Below are positions 9,378-19,121 of a stretch of DNA of 64,000 nucleotides, piece after piece. The notes under the pieces were generated by a model. It was not told where the DNA came from, did no database searches, and was given only the letters and a program-made list of their open reading frames with translations. Made by a program: the position numbers and the translations under genes. Source of the stretch: Rhodanobacteraceae bacterium (lineage in GTDB: Bacteria > Pseudomonadota > Gammaproteobacteria > Xanthomonadales > Rhodanobacteraceae). The stretch covers positions 1,944 through 65,943 of the forward strand of contig JALUXG010000011.1 of assembly GCA_027019085.1 (NCBI GenBank). Direction: 5' to 3'. The first letter of the stretch is position 1, and each line of letters opens with the position of its first letter.

Positions 9378-9408
9378 CTAATGCCCTGCTCTCTTGCAAG
9401 GAACTCCC

Positions 9409-10884
9409 GTGATCACGCATGCCAAGCCTGTCGTGGCCTTCGACCTGGTGATTTTCGGCGGTACCGGGGACTTGGCCATGCGAAAGCTGTTGCCGGCCAT
9501 GTTCCGGCGCTTTCTCGATGGCCAGTTGCCTGCACCATGCCGTTTGATCGGTGTGGCGCGCGAGCAGCAAAGCACCGACACCTACCGCCAGAGGGTGAGC
9601 GAAGCGTTGCGCAAGGCCGTGAAGGAGGACGATGCCATCGCACGCATCGACGCCTTTCTCGGCATGGTCAGCTACCACCCGCTCGATGCCACCAGCGACA
9701 CCGGCTGGGAGGACTTCGCCCAGGACCTCAAGTCGATCGAAGACCATGTGCGGGTGTTCTACCTGTCAACCAGCCCCGGCATCTTCGTCGACATCTGCGA
9801 ACGCCTGCGTCAGCACGGCCTGAATGGCGAAGGCTCCCGCGTGGTCATCGAGAAACCGATCGGTCACGATCTGGCCAGTGCATGCGAGATCAACGACGCG
9901 GTCGGAGCGGTGTTTGCGGAAAACCAGATCTTCCGCATCGACCATTACCTGGGCAAGGAAACGGTGCAGAACCTGCTGGCCCTGCGCTTTGCCAATGTCC
10001 TGTTCGAACCGCTGTGGAATGCCGCACACATCGACCATGTGCAGATCACCGTGGCCGAAACAGTCGGTGTGGAACAGCGCGGACCGTACTACGACCATGC
10101 TGGCGCCCTGCGCGACATGGTGCAGAACCACCTGCTGCAATTGCTGTGCATGGTGGCCATGGAGCCGCCGGCCTCATTGAATGCGGACACCGTGCGCGAC
10201 GAAAAGCTCAAGGTGCTGCACGCGCTCAAGACCATCGATGCCGGCAATGCCGGGCAAGTGACGGTGCGTGGCCAGTATCGCGCCGGCTCGGCCAACGGCC
10301 AGTCGGTGCCTGGCTATCTGGAAGACCTGGGCAGCCCCGCTTCGGACACCGAAACCTTCGTCGCCCTGAAGGCCCAGGTGTGCAACTGGCGGTGGGCCGG
10401 CGTGCCGTTCTATCTGCGCACCGGCAAACGCATGCCCCATCGGGTCTCGGAGATCATCATCCACTTCCGTGACATCCCCTACTCCATCTTCGCCGAAAGC
10501 AGCGGACGGATCAGCGCCAACAAGCTGGTCCTGCGCCTGCAGCCCGATGAGGGCGTGAAACTGTGGATGATGGCCAAATATCCCGGCCCCGGTGGCCTGC
10601 GCCTGCAATCGGTGCCGCTGGACATGAGCTTTGCCGAAGCCTTCGGGGTGCAGCAACCCGATGCCTACGAGCGTCTGCTGCTGGACGTGGTGCGCGGCAA
10701 CCTGACCCTGTTCATGCGCCGCGATGAAGTCGAAGCCGCCTGGAAATGGATCGACCCGATCCTCGCCGCGTGGGCGGAGAGTCCCGACAGCCCGCGCTCC
10801 TACACCGCAGGCACGTGGGGGCCGAGCGCCTCGGTCGCACTGATCGAACGCGATGGTCGTACCTGGCATGACGACGACCATTGA
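9409..10884 (+). CDS. zwf: glucose-6-phosphate 1-dehydrogenase
   Basis: GTG at 9409 is preceded by AAGGA; the track ORF starts at TTG 9394. IFGGTGDLA, RIDHYLGKE and DHVQITVAE motifs. Confidence 0.9.
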   Translation: MITHAKPVVAFDLVIFGGTGDLAMRKLLPAMFRRFLDGQLPAPCRLIGVAREQQSTDTYRQRVSEALRKAVKEDDAIARIDAFLGMVSYHPLDATSDTGWEDFAQDLKSIEDHVRVFYLSTSPGIFVDICERLRQHGLNGEGSRVVIEKPIGHDLASACEINDAVGAVFAENQIFRIDHYLGKETVQNLLALRFANVLFEPLWNAAHIDHVQITVAETVGVEQRGPYYDHAGALRDMVQNHLLQLLCMVAMEPPASLNADTVRDEKLKVLHALKTIDAGNAGQVTVRGQYRAGSANGQSVPGYLEDLGSPASDTETFVALKAQVCNWRWAGVPFYLRTGKRMPHRVSEIIIHFRDIPYSIFAESSGRISANKLVLRLQPDEGVKLWMMAKYPGPGGLRLQSVPLDMSFAEAFGVQQPDAYERLLLDVVRGNLTLFMRRDEVEAAWKWIDPILAAWAESPDSPRSYTAGTWGPSASVALIERDGRTWHDDDH

Positions 10885-10972
10885 ACGGCGCAGCGCTTCG
10901 CCATCCCATGCCGCCCCGGCCGGGCGGAATACGATCCCGACCGCCCAGGGCACAACGGACCGGAGACTAGCC

Positions 10973-11653
10973 ATGCACTGGAATTCCTGCGAAGACGACA
11001 GCCATCTGGCCAGCACCCTGGCCGACGCCGTGGCGCACGACCTGCAGACAGCCATCGCACAACGCCAGCATGCGCTGATCGCACTGTCCGGTGGGCGCAC
11101 GCCCGAACGCTTCCTGAAGCAACTGGGGCAGCGCGAACTGGACTGGTCCCGCGTAACGGTGACCCTGGTCGATGAACGCTGGGTGCCGGCCGATCATCCA
11201 CGCGCCAATGCCGGACTGGTGCGGCGCAACCTGCTGCTCGGCAAGGCCGCGCAAGCGTGCTTCGTACCCCTGTATGCCGATTTTCCCACTCCGGAAGACG
11301 GTCTTGCCACGGTAAGCCGGACCCTGGCATCGCTGGACTGGCCGCTGGACGTCGCCGTGCTGGGCATGGGCGAGGATGGCCATACCGCATCGTTCTTCCC
11401 CGGTGGCGATCATCTCGATGCGGCACTGGACCCCAGGGGCGGCGAACTGGTGCTGCCGATGCGCGCACCCGAAGCCGGTGAACCGCGCATCACCCTGACA
11501 CTGCCCGTGCTGGTCCAGGCCCGGGCGCTGTACCTGCAGATCGAAGGCGATACCAAACGTCGTGTCCTGATCGATGCCGTGCACGGCTCGGGTGTCCCGA
11601 TCGGTAGCGTGCTGGATGCCGCACCCGGGCTCCAGGCCTACTGGTGCCCGTGA
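10973..11653 (+). CDS. pgl: 6-phosphogluconolactonase
   Basis: Trimmed to the ATG at 10973 with GGAGA upstream. LSGGRTP, DERWVP and [15 protein letters not shown] motifs. Confidence 0.87.
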   Translation: MHWNSCEDDSHLASTLADAVAHDLQTAIAQRQHALIALSGGRTPERFLKQLGQRELDWSRVTVTLVDERWVPADHPRANAGLVRRNLLLGKAAQACFVPLYADFPTPEDGLATVSRTLASLDWPLDVAVLGMGEDGHTASFFPGGDHLDAALDPRGGELVLPMRAPEAGEPRITLTLPVLVQARALYLQIEGDTKRRVLIDAVHGSGVPIGSVLDAAPGLQAYWCP

Positions 11654-11714
11654 AGGGCCGGGGCATCGCCACGCGACACCCTCCGGATCGCCACACGCAC
11701 AAGCGAGAACGAAC

Positions 11715-13559
11715 ATGAGCATGCATCCTGTCCTGATTGAAGTCACCGAACGCATCGTCGAGCGCAGCCGGTCAACACGCACCGCCTACCTGCAACGCAT
11801 CGATGCAGCGCGAGGTGACGGCCCGAAAAGGCGCCACCTCTCCTGCGGCAACCTGGCCCATGGTTTCGCCGCCTGCGGATCGCAGGACAAGGCAGCCCTG
11901 CGCGGTGACGTGACCGCGAATATCGGCATCGTCACCGCCTACAACGACATGCTCTCGGCGCACCAGCCCTACGAGCACTACCCGGAACGGATCCGCCGCC
12001 TGGCACGCGAAGCCGGAGGCACGGCGCAAGTCGCTGGCGGTGTCCCGGCGATGTGCGACGGCATCACCCAGGGACAGGCCGGCATGGAGCTGAGCCTGTT
12101 TTCGCGTGACGTGATCGCAATGTCGGCCGCGGTGGCGCTTTCGCACGACATGTTCGATGCCGCGCTGTACCTGGGCATCTGCGACAAGATCGTGCCGGGA
12201 CTGATGATTGCCGCACTGCACTTTGGTCATCTGCCGGCAGTCTTCGTGCCCTCCGGTCCGATGCCGAGCGGCCTGCCCAACGAGGAAAAGGCCAAGGTCC
12301 GTCAGCAGTACGCGGAGGGCAAGGTCACGCGCGAAGACCTGCTGGAAGCCGAGGCCCGCTCCTACCACGCCCCCGGCACCTGCACCTTCTACGGCACCGC
12401 CAATTCGAACCAGATGCTGATGGAAATCATGGGCATGCACTTGCCCGGCTCGAGCTTCGTCAATCCCGGCACCCCGCTACGCGATGCGCTGACGCGTGCC
12501 GCAGTCGAACGCGCGCTTGCGATCACCGCCCTGGGTGACGACTACACACCGGCCGGCCACGTGATCGACGAACGCAGCATCGTCAACGGTGTGGTCGGTC
12601 TTCATGCCACAGGCGGATCGACCAACCACCTGCTGCATCTGGTCGCCATCGCTGCTGCCGCGGGCATCCGGCTGGAGCTGGAGGATTTCGACGCGCTTTC
12701 ACGCATTACACCGTTGCTGGCGCGCGTCTATCCGAACGGCTACGCCGACGTGAACCATTTCCACCAGGCCGGCGGCATGCCCTTCCTGATCGGCAGCCTG
12801 CTCGACGCCGGCCTGCTGCACGCCGATGTCTCCACCGTGCACGGCAAGGGGCTGGACGCCTACCGCAGAACACCCGTGCTGGACGCCGACGGTTCACTGG
12901 CCTGGGCCGAAACGGGCCCGAGTGGCAATACCCACATCCTGCGCCCGGCCGATGACCCGTTCCAGCCCGAAGGCGGCCTGCGCGTGCTCACCGGCAACCT
13001 GGGCCGCGCCGTGATCAAGGTGTCCTCGGTCCCCGAGGATCGTCACGTCATCGAAGCCCCCGCGGTGGTTTTCCACGACCAGGACGAGATCCGGGCCGCC
13101 TTCGAGCGCGGCGAACTGGACCGCGACTTCGTCGCCGTCGTCCGCTTCCAGGGCCCACGCGCGATCGGCATGCCGGAACTGCACAAGCTCACGCCCACCC
13201 TCGGCGTGCTGCAGGGGCGCGGCCATCGCGTCGCGCTGGTCACGGACGGCCGGATGTCGGGTGCATCCGGGAAGATACCCGCTGCCATCCATGTCAGCCC
13301 GGAAGCCGTCGACGCCGGTCCTATCGGCAAGGTGCGCGACGGTGACATCATCCGTCTCGATGCCGATGCCGGGGTGCTGGAAGCGAAGGTCGACCCGGCG
13401 CAATGGGATGCACGCAAACCCATCCATGCCGACCTTTCGGCCCATCATGTGGGCCTGGGCCGAGACCTCTTCGCCCTGATGCGCAACGCCGTCGGTACCG
13501 CCGACGCCGGAGCCAGCGTGTTTGACGCCGTCGACCGGCACCATGCCGGCGACGCCTGA
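11715..13559 (+). CDS. edd: phosphogluconate dehydratase
   Basis: Trimmed to the ATG at 11715 (MSMHPVL). IlvD/Edd family motifs CDGITQG, CDKIVPG and [10 protein letters not shown]. Confidence 0.92.
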   Translation: MSMHPVLIEVTERIVERSRSTRTAYLQRIDAARGDGPKRRHLSCGNLAHGFAACGSQDKAALRGDVTANIGIVTAYNDMLSAHQPYEHYPERIRRLAREAGGTAQVAGGVPAMCDGITQGQAGMELSLFSRDVIAMSAAVALSHDMFDAALYLGICDKIVPGLMIAALHFGHLPAVFVPSGPMPSGLPNEEKAKVRQQYAEGKVTREDLLEAEARSYHAPGTCTFYGTANSNQMLMEIMGMHLPGSSFVNPGTPLRDALTRAAVERALAITALGDDYTPAGHVIDERSIVNGVVGLHATGGSTNHLLHLVAIAAAAGIRLELEDFDALSRITPLLARVYPNGYADVNHFHQAGGMPFLIGSLLDAGLLHADVSTVHGKGLDAYRRTPVLDADGSLAWAETGPSGNTHILRPADDPFQPEGGLRVLTGNLGRAVIKVSSVPEDRHVIEAPAVVFHDQDEIRAAFERGELDRDFVAVVRFQGPRAIGMPELHKLTPTLGVLQGRGHRVALVTDGRMSGASGKIPAAIHVSPEAVDAGPIGKVRDGDIIRLDADAGVLEAKVDPAQWDARKPIHADLSAHHVGLGRDLFALMRNAVGTADAGASVFDAVDRHHAGDA

Positions 13560-13586
13560 TCCGTCCTTCCCGGGGAACCACCTGCC

Positions 13587-14225
13587 ATGAACGAACGTAC
13601 TGCCCGCCTCCAATCCACCCTCGCCCTGGCGCCGGTGGTCCCGGTGGTCGTGATCGAGGACCTCTCGCACGCGGTGCCACTGGCGCGCGCCCTGGTGGCC
13701 GGGGGCACGCCGGCGATCGAAGTCACCCTGCGCACGCCAGTCGCCCTGGATGCCATCGCGGCCATAGCCGCCGAAGTCGAGGGCGCACAGGTCGGCGCCG
13801 GCACGGTGCTGGACGGCACGCAACTGGGTGCCGCCGTGAAAGCCGGAGCCACCTTCATCGTGTCGCCAGGCAGCACGCCGGCATTGCTCGATGCTGCCGG
13901 GACACATTCCGTTCCCCTTCTGCCGGGTGCCGCCAGCGCCAGCGAAGCCATGTTCCTGCTCGAACACGGCTACACCATGCAGAAATTCTTCCCCGCCGAG
14001 GCGGCAGGCGGCATCGCCATGCTGCGTGCGCTGTCCGGCCCGTTGCCTGGCATCCGCTTCTGCCCCACCGGCGGTGTGAAACCCGGTAATGCACGCGACT
14101 ACCTCGCCTTGCCCAACGTGGTCTGCGTGGGTGGCTCCTGGCTGACGCCACGCGATCGCGTGCAGGCGGGAGACTGGCACGCCATCGAGACACTGGCACG
14201 CCAGGCAACCGGCCTGGGCGCCTGA
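13587..14225 (+). CDS. eda: KDPG/KHG aldolase
   Basis: 212 aa. [21 protein letters not shown] and CPTGG motifs. Last gene of the zwf-pgl-edd-eda cluster. Confidence 0.9.
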   Translation: MNERTARLQSTLALAPVVPVVVIEDLSHAVPLARALVAGGTPAIEVTLRTPVALDAIAAIAAEVEGAQVGAGTVLDGTQLGAAVKAGATFIVSPGSTPALLDAAGTHSVPLLPGAASASEAMFLLEHGYTMQKFFPAEAAGGIAMLRALSGPLPGIRFCPTGGVKPGNARDYLALPNVVCVGGSWLTPRDRVQAGDWHAIETLARQATGLGA

Positions 14226-14284
14226 CCCGGTTTCCGTTTCGCTGCCGCTCGCGGCTAGAATGCCGGTTTGCCGCCACTCCCTAC

Positions 14285-14361
14285 GGCCCCGTAGTTCAGC
14301 TGGATAGAACAGCCGCCTCCTAAGCGGCAGGTCGCAGGTTCGAATCCTGCCGGGGTCACCA
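14285..14361 (+). tRNA. tRNA-Arg(CCT)
   Basis: Cloverleaf folded by hand. Acceptor GGCCCCG/CGGGGTC, anticodon arm GCCGC-CTCCTAA-GCGGC, T-loop TTCGAAT, encoded CCA. Confidence 0.93.
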
Positions 14362-14448
14362 TCCGCTTGCGGAGCGGGTCACCAGGGGGCTTCTGCTAGA
14401 ATGCCCGTTTTGCGCGGGGCAGCTCGCCCCCTCAATGCAGGAGCACGC

Positions 14449-15981
14449 ATGTCGCACGAGATCCTCAAGGCCCTGGGCCTTTCCGACGTCAATTCCGGCA
14501 CCTTCCTCGGCCATGGCACCTGGTCGAAGGACACCAGCGCCGACATGATCGAGGTCAGCAACCCGTCCACCGGCGAGGTCATCGCCAAGGTGCGCGGTAC
14601 CAGCGCCACCGATTACGAGATCATCGTCGAACGCGCCCGTGCGGCCTTCCAGACCTGGCGCACCACCCCGGCACCGCAGCGTGGCGAAGCCGTGCGCCTG
14701 TGTGGCGAGGCCCTGCGCCGGCACAAGGATGCACTCGGCTCACTGGTCAGCCTGGAAAACGGCAAGATCAAGCCCGAGGGTGACGGTGAGGTGCAGGAGA
14801 TGATCGACATCGCCGACTTCGCGGTCGGCCAGAGCCGCATGCTGTACGGCCTGACCATGCATTCCGAACGTCCCGGTCACCGCATGTACGAACAGTGGCA
14901 TCCCCTGGGCGTGGTCGGCATCATCTCGGCCTTCAATTTCCCGGTCGCGGTGTGGGCCTGGAACGCCATGCTGGCGGCGGTATGCGGCGACGTGTGCATC
15001 TGGAAGCCCTCGCCCAAAACTCCCTTGACCGCCATCGCCACCATGAAGATCTGCAACGAGGCGCTCAAGGCCGGCGGTTTCCCGGAGATCTTCTTCCTGT
15101 TCAACGACGCCAGCAACGTACTGGCGCAGACCTTTGTCGACGACCGGCGAGTCGACCTGATCAGCTTCACCGGGTCGTGCGCGGTCGGCCGCAAGGTCGG
15201 CGTGCGCGTGGCCGAGCGCATGGGGCGCTCGCTGCTGGAACTGGGCGGCAACAACGCCATGATCGTGGACGAGACCGCAGACCTGAAACTGGCCATTCCG
15301 GCGATCGCCTTCGGCGCCGTCGGCACCGCCGGCCAGCGCTGCACCTCCACCCGACGCCTGATCGTGCACGCGTCGATCGCCGCCGAAGTCACCGAAAAGC
15401 TGGTTGCGGCCTACCAGCAGATCGAGTCGAAGATCGGCGACCCGACCGACCCGGCCACCCTGATGGGCCCGCTGATCGACCAGGCTTCGGTGGAGCGTTT
15501 CAGCAAGGCCCTGGAAACGGCGAAAGCCGCCGGCGGCACCGTCGCCACCGGCGGCAAGGTGCTCGACCGTCCCGGCCATTTCGTCACCCCGGCCATCGTC
15601 ACCGGCCTGCCGGGCGACGCGGAGATCGTGCGCACCGAGACCTTTGCGCCGATCCTCTACGTGATCCCGTACACCGACCTGGACGAAGCCATCGCCCTGC
15701 AGAACAGCGTACCGCAAGGCCTGTCCAGCGCCTTCTTCACGCTGAACATGCGCCACGCCGAGAAATTCCTTTCCGCCACCGGTTCCGATTGCGGCATCGC
15801 CAACGTCAACATCGGCACCTCGGGGGCCGAGATCGGCGGCGCATTCGGCGGCGAGAAGGAAACCGGCGGCGGGCGGGAATCGGGCTCCGATGCCTGGCGC
15901 GCCTATATGCGCCGGCAGACCAATACCATCAACTGGTCTTCCGAGCTGCCGCTTGCCCAGGGCATCAAGTTCGAGATCTGA
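14449..15981 (+). CDS. aldehyde dehydrogenase, ALDH7/AmaB-like (piperideine-6-carboxylate / aminoadipate-semialdehyde dehydrogenase type)
   Basis: Trimmed to the ATG at 14449 with CAGGAG upstream. The N-terminus ILKALGL...NSGTF...NPSTGEVIA is typical of the ALDH7 clade. ELGGNN and GTAGQRCT catalytic motifs. Confidence 0.82.
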   Translation: MSHEILKALGLSDVNSGTFLGHGTWSKDTSADMIEVSNPSTGEVIAKVRGTSATDYEIIVERARAAFQTWRTTPAPQRGEAVRLCGEALRRHKDALGSLVSLENGKIKPEGDGEVQEMIDIADFAVGQSRMLYGLTMHSERPGHRMYEQWHPLGVVGIISAFNFPVAVWAWNAMLAAVCGDVCIWKPSPKTPLTAIATMKICNEALKAGGFPEIFFLFNDASNVLAQTFVDDRRVDLISFTGSCAVGRKVGVRVAERMGRSLLELGGNNAMIVDETADLKLAIPAIAFGAVGTAGQRCTSTRRLIVHASIAAEVTEKLVAAYQQIESKIGDPTDPATLMGPLIDQASVERFSKALETAKAAGGTVATGGKVLDRPGHFVTPAIVTGLPGDAEIVRTETFAPILYVIPYTDLDEAIALQNSVPQGLSSAFFTLNMRHAEKFLSATGSDCGIANVNIGTSGAEIGGAFGGEKETGGGRESGSDAWRAYMRRQTNTINWSSELPLAQGIKFEI

Positions 15982-16109
15982 GGATCGGCGGATACGGAGT
16001 AATCGCCAATGAGCCGGGTTCCAGCCCGGCTCATTCGCATGCGCTGACCGCGCGCGCGTATCCGGGCACAAGGTGTTTACAATGAACGCCTGACTACAGG
16101 ATTCCCGTC

Positions 16110-16874
16110 ATGCATGTTCCATTCGATTTTTCCGGCTACCGAGTCCTGATTGCCGGGGGCAGCAAGGGCATCGGTCGCAGCATCGCCATGGAATTCGCCG
16201 AGGCCGGCGCCGCCGTATCGGTATGCGCACGCAATCCCGACACATTGCAAACCCTGGACGGCGACCTGTCGGGATTCGGGGGCACCGTGCATACGCATGC
16301 CTGCGACCTGGCCGAGCCCGATGCCATCGCCGCATGGATCGAAGCTGCTGCACAGACCCTGGGTGGCATCGATGTGCTGGTCAACAACGCATCCGGCTAC
16401 GGTTTCGATGCCGACGACGATGCCAGCTGGCTCGCCGATTTCAACGTCGACCTGATGGCCGCAGTGCGCGCTTCGCGCAGGGCTATGCCGTATCTGGAAC
16501 GTTCTTCGCACGCCAGCATCCTGCACACCAGTTCGATCGCCGCCTTGCACCCGCGCGTGCAGGGGCCGCCCTATGCGGCAATGAAGGCGGCACTGAGCCA
16601 CTACACAGGCTCCCAGGCGCTCAGGCTTGCCCCGAAAGGCATCCGCGTCAATGCCATCGCGCCCGGATCGGTCGAATTCCCCGACGGCATCTGGGATCGC
16701 GTGCACAAGCAGGATCCTTCCCGATACCAGGCGACACGGGACGCGATCCCCTTCGGCAGGATGGGCACACCCGAAGACATTGCGCACGTGGCCCTGTTCC
16801 TCGCTTCGCCGCTGGCCGGGTGGATCACCGGGCAGACCCTGTGCGTGGATGGCGGGCAATCGCTGAACGGCTGA
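16110..16874 (+). CDS. SDR family oxidoreductase
   Basis: 254 aa. Rossmann motif IAGGSKGIGRS, NNASG, and YAAMKAAL (catalytic YxxxK). Confidence 0.85.
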   Translation: MHVPFDFSGYRVLIAGGSKGIGRSIAMEFAEAGAAVSVCARNPDTLQTLDGDLSGFGGTVHTHACDLAEPDAIAAWIEAAAQTLGGIDVLVNNASGYGFDADDDASWLADFNVDLMAAVRASRRAMPYLERSSHASILHTSSIAALHPRVQGPPYAAMKAALSHYTGSQALRLAPKGIRVNAIAPGSVEFPDGIWDRVHKQDPSRYQATRDAIPFGRMGTPEDIAHVALFLASPLAGWITGQTLCVDGGQSLNG

Positions 16875-16887
16875 GGGAGTGATCGCC

Positions 16888-17922
16888 ATGTATCACCTGA
16901 TCCGTCCGTTGCTTTTCGCCCTGGACCCGGAGACCGCACACGGCCTGAGCCTGTATGGCCTGGGCGTGGCACAGCGCAGCGGATTCGCCCATCGCATCGC
17001 CACAACGCCTGAACCGCTGCCGGCACAGGTGCTGGGCATCGATTTTCCCAATCCGGTCGGACTGGCCGCGGGTCTGGACAAGAATGCCCGGTATCTCGAT
17101 GCGCTGGCCGCACTCGGTTTCGGTTTCATCGAGGTCGGCACCGTGACACCGCGTCCGCAGGCCGGCAATCCTGCACCGCGCATGTTCCGGCTGCCCTCCT
17201 ACGAAGCCGTGATCAATCGCCTCGGTTTCAACAACGCAGGCATCGACGCGCTGGTCCGCAATGTGGAGCATTCCAGTTACCGGGGCGTGCTCGGCATCAA
17301 TCTCGGCAAGAACCGCGACACTCCCAATGACAAGGCCTTCGAGGACTACCAGGTTTGCATGCGCCGCGCCTATGCGCTGGCCTCGTACCTGACCATCAAC
17401 ATTTCCTCTCCCAACACCACGGGCTTGCGCGAGCTGCAGAACAAGGAGAATCTGCACGGCTTCGTCAGTCGCCTGCGCGAGGAGCAGGAAGCCCTGGCCG
17501 GCCGCCACGGACGTCGGGTGCCCATGCTGCTGAAGATCGCACCCGACCTGGACCAGTCGCAGATGGACACCATCGCCGGCGTCGTTACCCAAACCGGCAT
17601 CGACGGCCTGGTCTGCACCAACACCACACTGGACCGCAGCGGGGTGCAGGGCGCGCCCAATGCGCAGCAGGAAGGCGGGCTTTCCGGACGTCCGCTGCGC
17701 CAGGCCGCGCTGCAGGTACTTGCCGGCATGCGCGAACGCGTCGGCCCCTCGATGGCCATCATCGGCGTGGGAGGCATCCTCGACGGCGAGGATGCCGCCC
17801 GGCGCATGGCGGCCGGCGCCGACCTGGTGCAGTTGTATACCGGCATGATCTACCGCGGCCCGCGCCTGATCGGCGACTGCGTGGATGCGATTCGCCGCGC
17901 TCCCGGATCGACCGCCGCCTGA
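16888..17922 (+). CDS. pyrD: dihydroorotate dehydrogenase (quinone)
   Basis: ATG at 16888 (MYHLIRPLLF...DPETAH) with GGGAG upstream; the track ORF starts at GTG 16879. GFIEVGTVT, GINLGKN and ISSPNT motifs. Confidence 0.9.
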   Translation: MYHLIRPLLFALDPETAHGLSLYGLGVAQRSGFAHRIATTPEPLPAQVLGIDFPNPVGLAAGLDKNARYLDALAALGFGFIEVGTVTPRPQAGNPAPRMFRLPSYEAVINRLGFNNAGIDALVRNVEHSSYRGVLGINLGKNRDTPNDKAFEDYQVCMRRAYALASYLTINISSPNTTGLRELQNKENLHGFVSRLREEQEALAGRHGRRVPMLLKIAPDLDQSQMDTIAGVVTQTGIDGLVCTNTTLDRSGVQGAPNAQQEGGLSGRPLRQAALQVLAGMRERVGPSMAIIGVGGILDGEDAARRMAAGADLVQLYTGMIYRGPRLIGDCVDAIRRAPGSTAA

Positions 17923-17932
17923 AGGATTGCCG

Positions 17933-18991
17933 ATGCAGCCCGACCAATCGAGCGTGGACATGGGCGGCTATCGCGTGAGCGAAAACGCCTCGCTGCGTGC
18001 CCGCAACACCCTGCGCGTGGATGCCAGTGCGCGCTGGCTGGTCGAACTGGATGACGCTTCGCGCCTACCGGACGCCCTGGCCCACCCCGCCTTCGGGGAC
18101 CTGCCATTGCAGGTACTGGGCGAAGGAAGCAATGTGCTGTTCACGCGCGATTTCGACGGCGTGGTGCTGGTCATGGCCACGCGCGGCGTGAAGGTCGAGG
18201 AGGACGGGGATGCCACGCGCATTGCCGTGGCGGCCGGCGAGCGCTGGGATGACTTTGTGCGCTGGTCGCTGGCGCAGGGATACGCAGGCCTGGAGAACCT
18301 GATCCTGATCCCCGGCACGGTCGGCGCTGCACCGATCCAGAACATCGGCGCCTACGGGGTCGAAGTGGCCGAATTCATCGAGTCGGTGGAAGCCTGGGAC
18401 CGCCAGCAACGGCGTGCGTTGTCGCTGCCGCGATCGGAATGTGCCTTCGGCTACCGTGACTCGCGCTTCAAGCACGAGCCGGACCGCTACATCGTCACGG
18501 CCGTGCGTTTCACCCTCCCCCGCCAGCGCGCCCTGCGCCTGGAATATGCCGGCATTGGCGAGCAGTTGCAGCGCATGGGCGTGCAAGAACCGAGCGCCTA
18601 CCACGTGGCCGAGGCCGTGGTGCACCTGCGCACCCGCAAGCTGCCGGATCCTGCAGTCATCGGCAATGCCGGCAGTTTCTTCAAGAATCCGCACGTGGAT
18701 GCACAAGCGGCAGCACGGCTGCTGCGCGAACATCCCGCCCTGCCGCATTGGGAAAACCCCGACCGCAGCGTGAAACTCTCGGCGGCATGGCTGATCGAAT
18801 CCTGTGGATTCAAGGGTTTACGTGAGGGTGATGCAGGCATTTCGAACCGCCACGCATTGGTTCTCGTCAATCATGGCCAGGCCAGTGGCGCGGCGCTGTG
18901 GTCGCTTGCACAACGTGTTCGCCAGGGCGTCCAGGCACGTTTCGGGGTCATGCTCGACACCGAACCGCAGGTGATCGGTGCGTCCGGTTGA
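17933..18991 (+). CDS. murB: UDP-N-acetylenolpyruvoylglucosamine reductase
   Basis: Trimmed to the ATG at 17933. FAD-binding LGEGSNVLF, IPGTVGAAPIQNIGAYG and GSFFKNP motifs. Confidence 0.9.
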   Translation: MQPDQSSVDMGGYRVSENASLRARNTLRVDASARWLVELDDASRLPDALAHPAFGDLPLQVLGEGSNVLFTRDFDGVVLVMATRGVKVEEDGDATRIAVAAGERWDDFVRWSLAQGYAGLENLILIPGTVGAAPIQNIGAYGVEVAEFIESVEAWDRQQRRALSLPRSECAFGYRDSRFKHEPDRYIVTAVRFTLPRQRALRLEYAGIGEQLQRMGVQEPSAYHVAEAVVHLRTRKLPDPAVIGNAGSFFKNPHVDAQAAARLLREHPALPHWENPDRSVKLSAAWLIESCGFKGLREGDAGISNRHALVLVNHGQASGAALWSLAQRVRQGVQARFGVMLDTEPQVIGASG

Positions 18992-19121
18992 ACGGGCAAG
19001 TAGCGCGCTGGCGCAAGGCGGGGCAGTCCGGCACAATGCAGGTGTGCCTCGACCACAGGGGGTGTACCGCGCGGATACCGGACACAATACCTGTTTCCGG
19101 ACCCGTCGCCGGAACGTCAGC

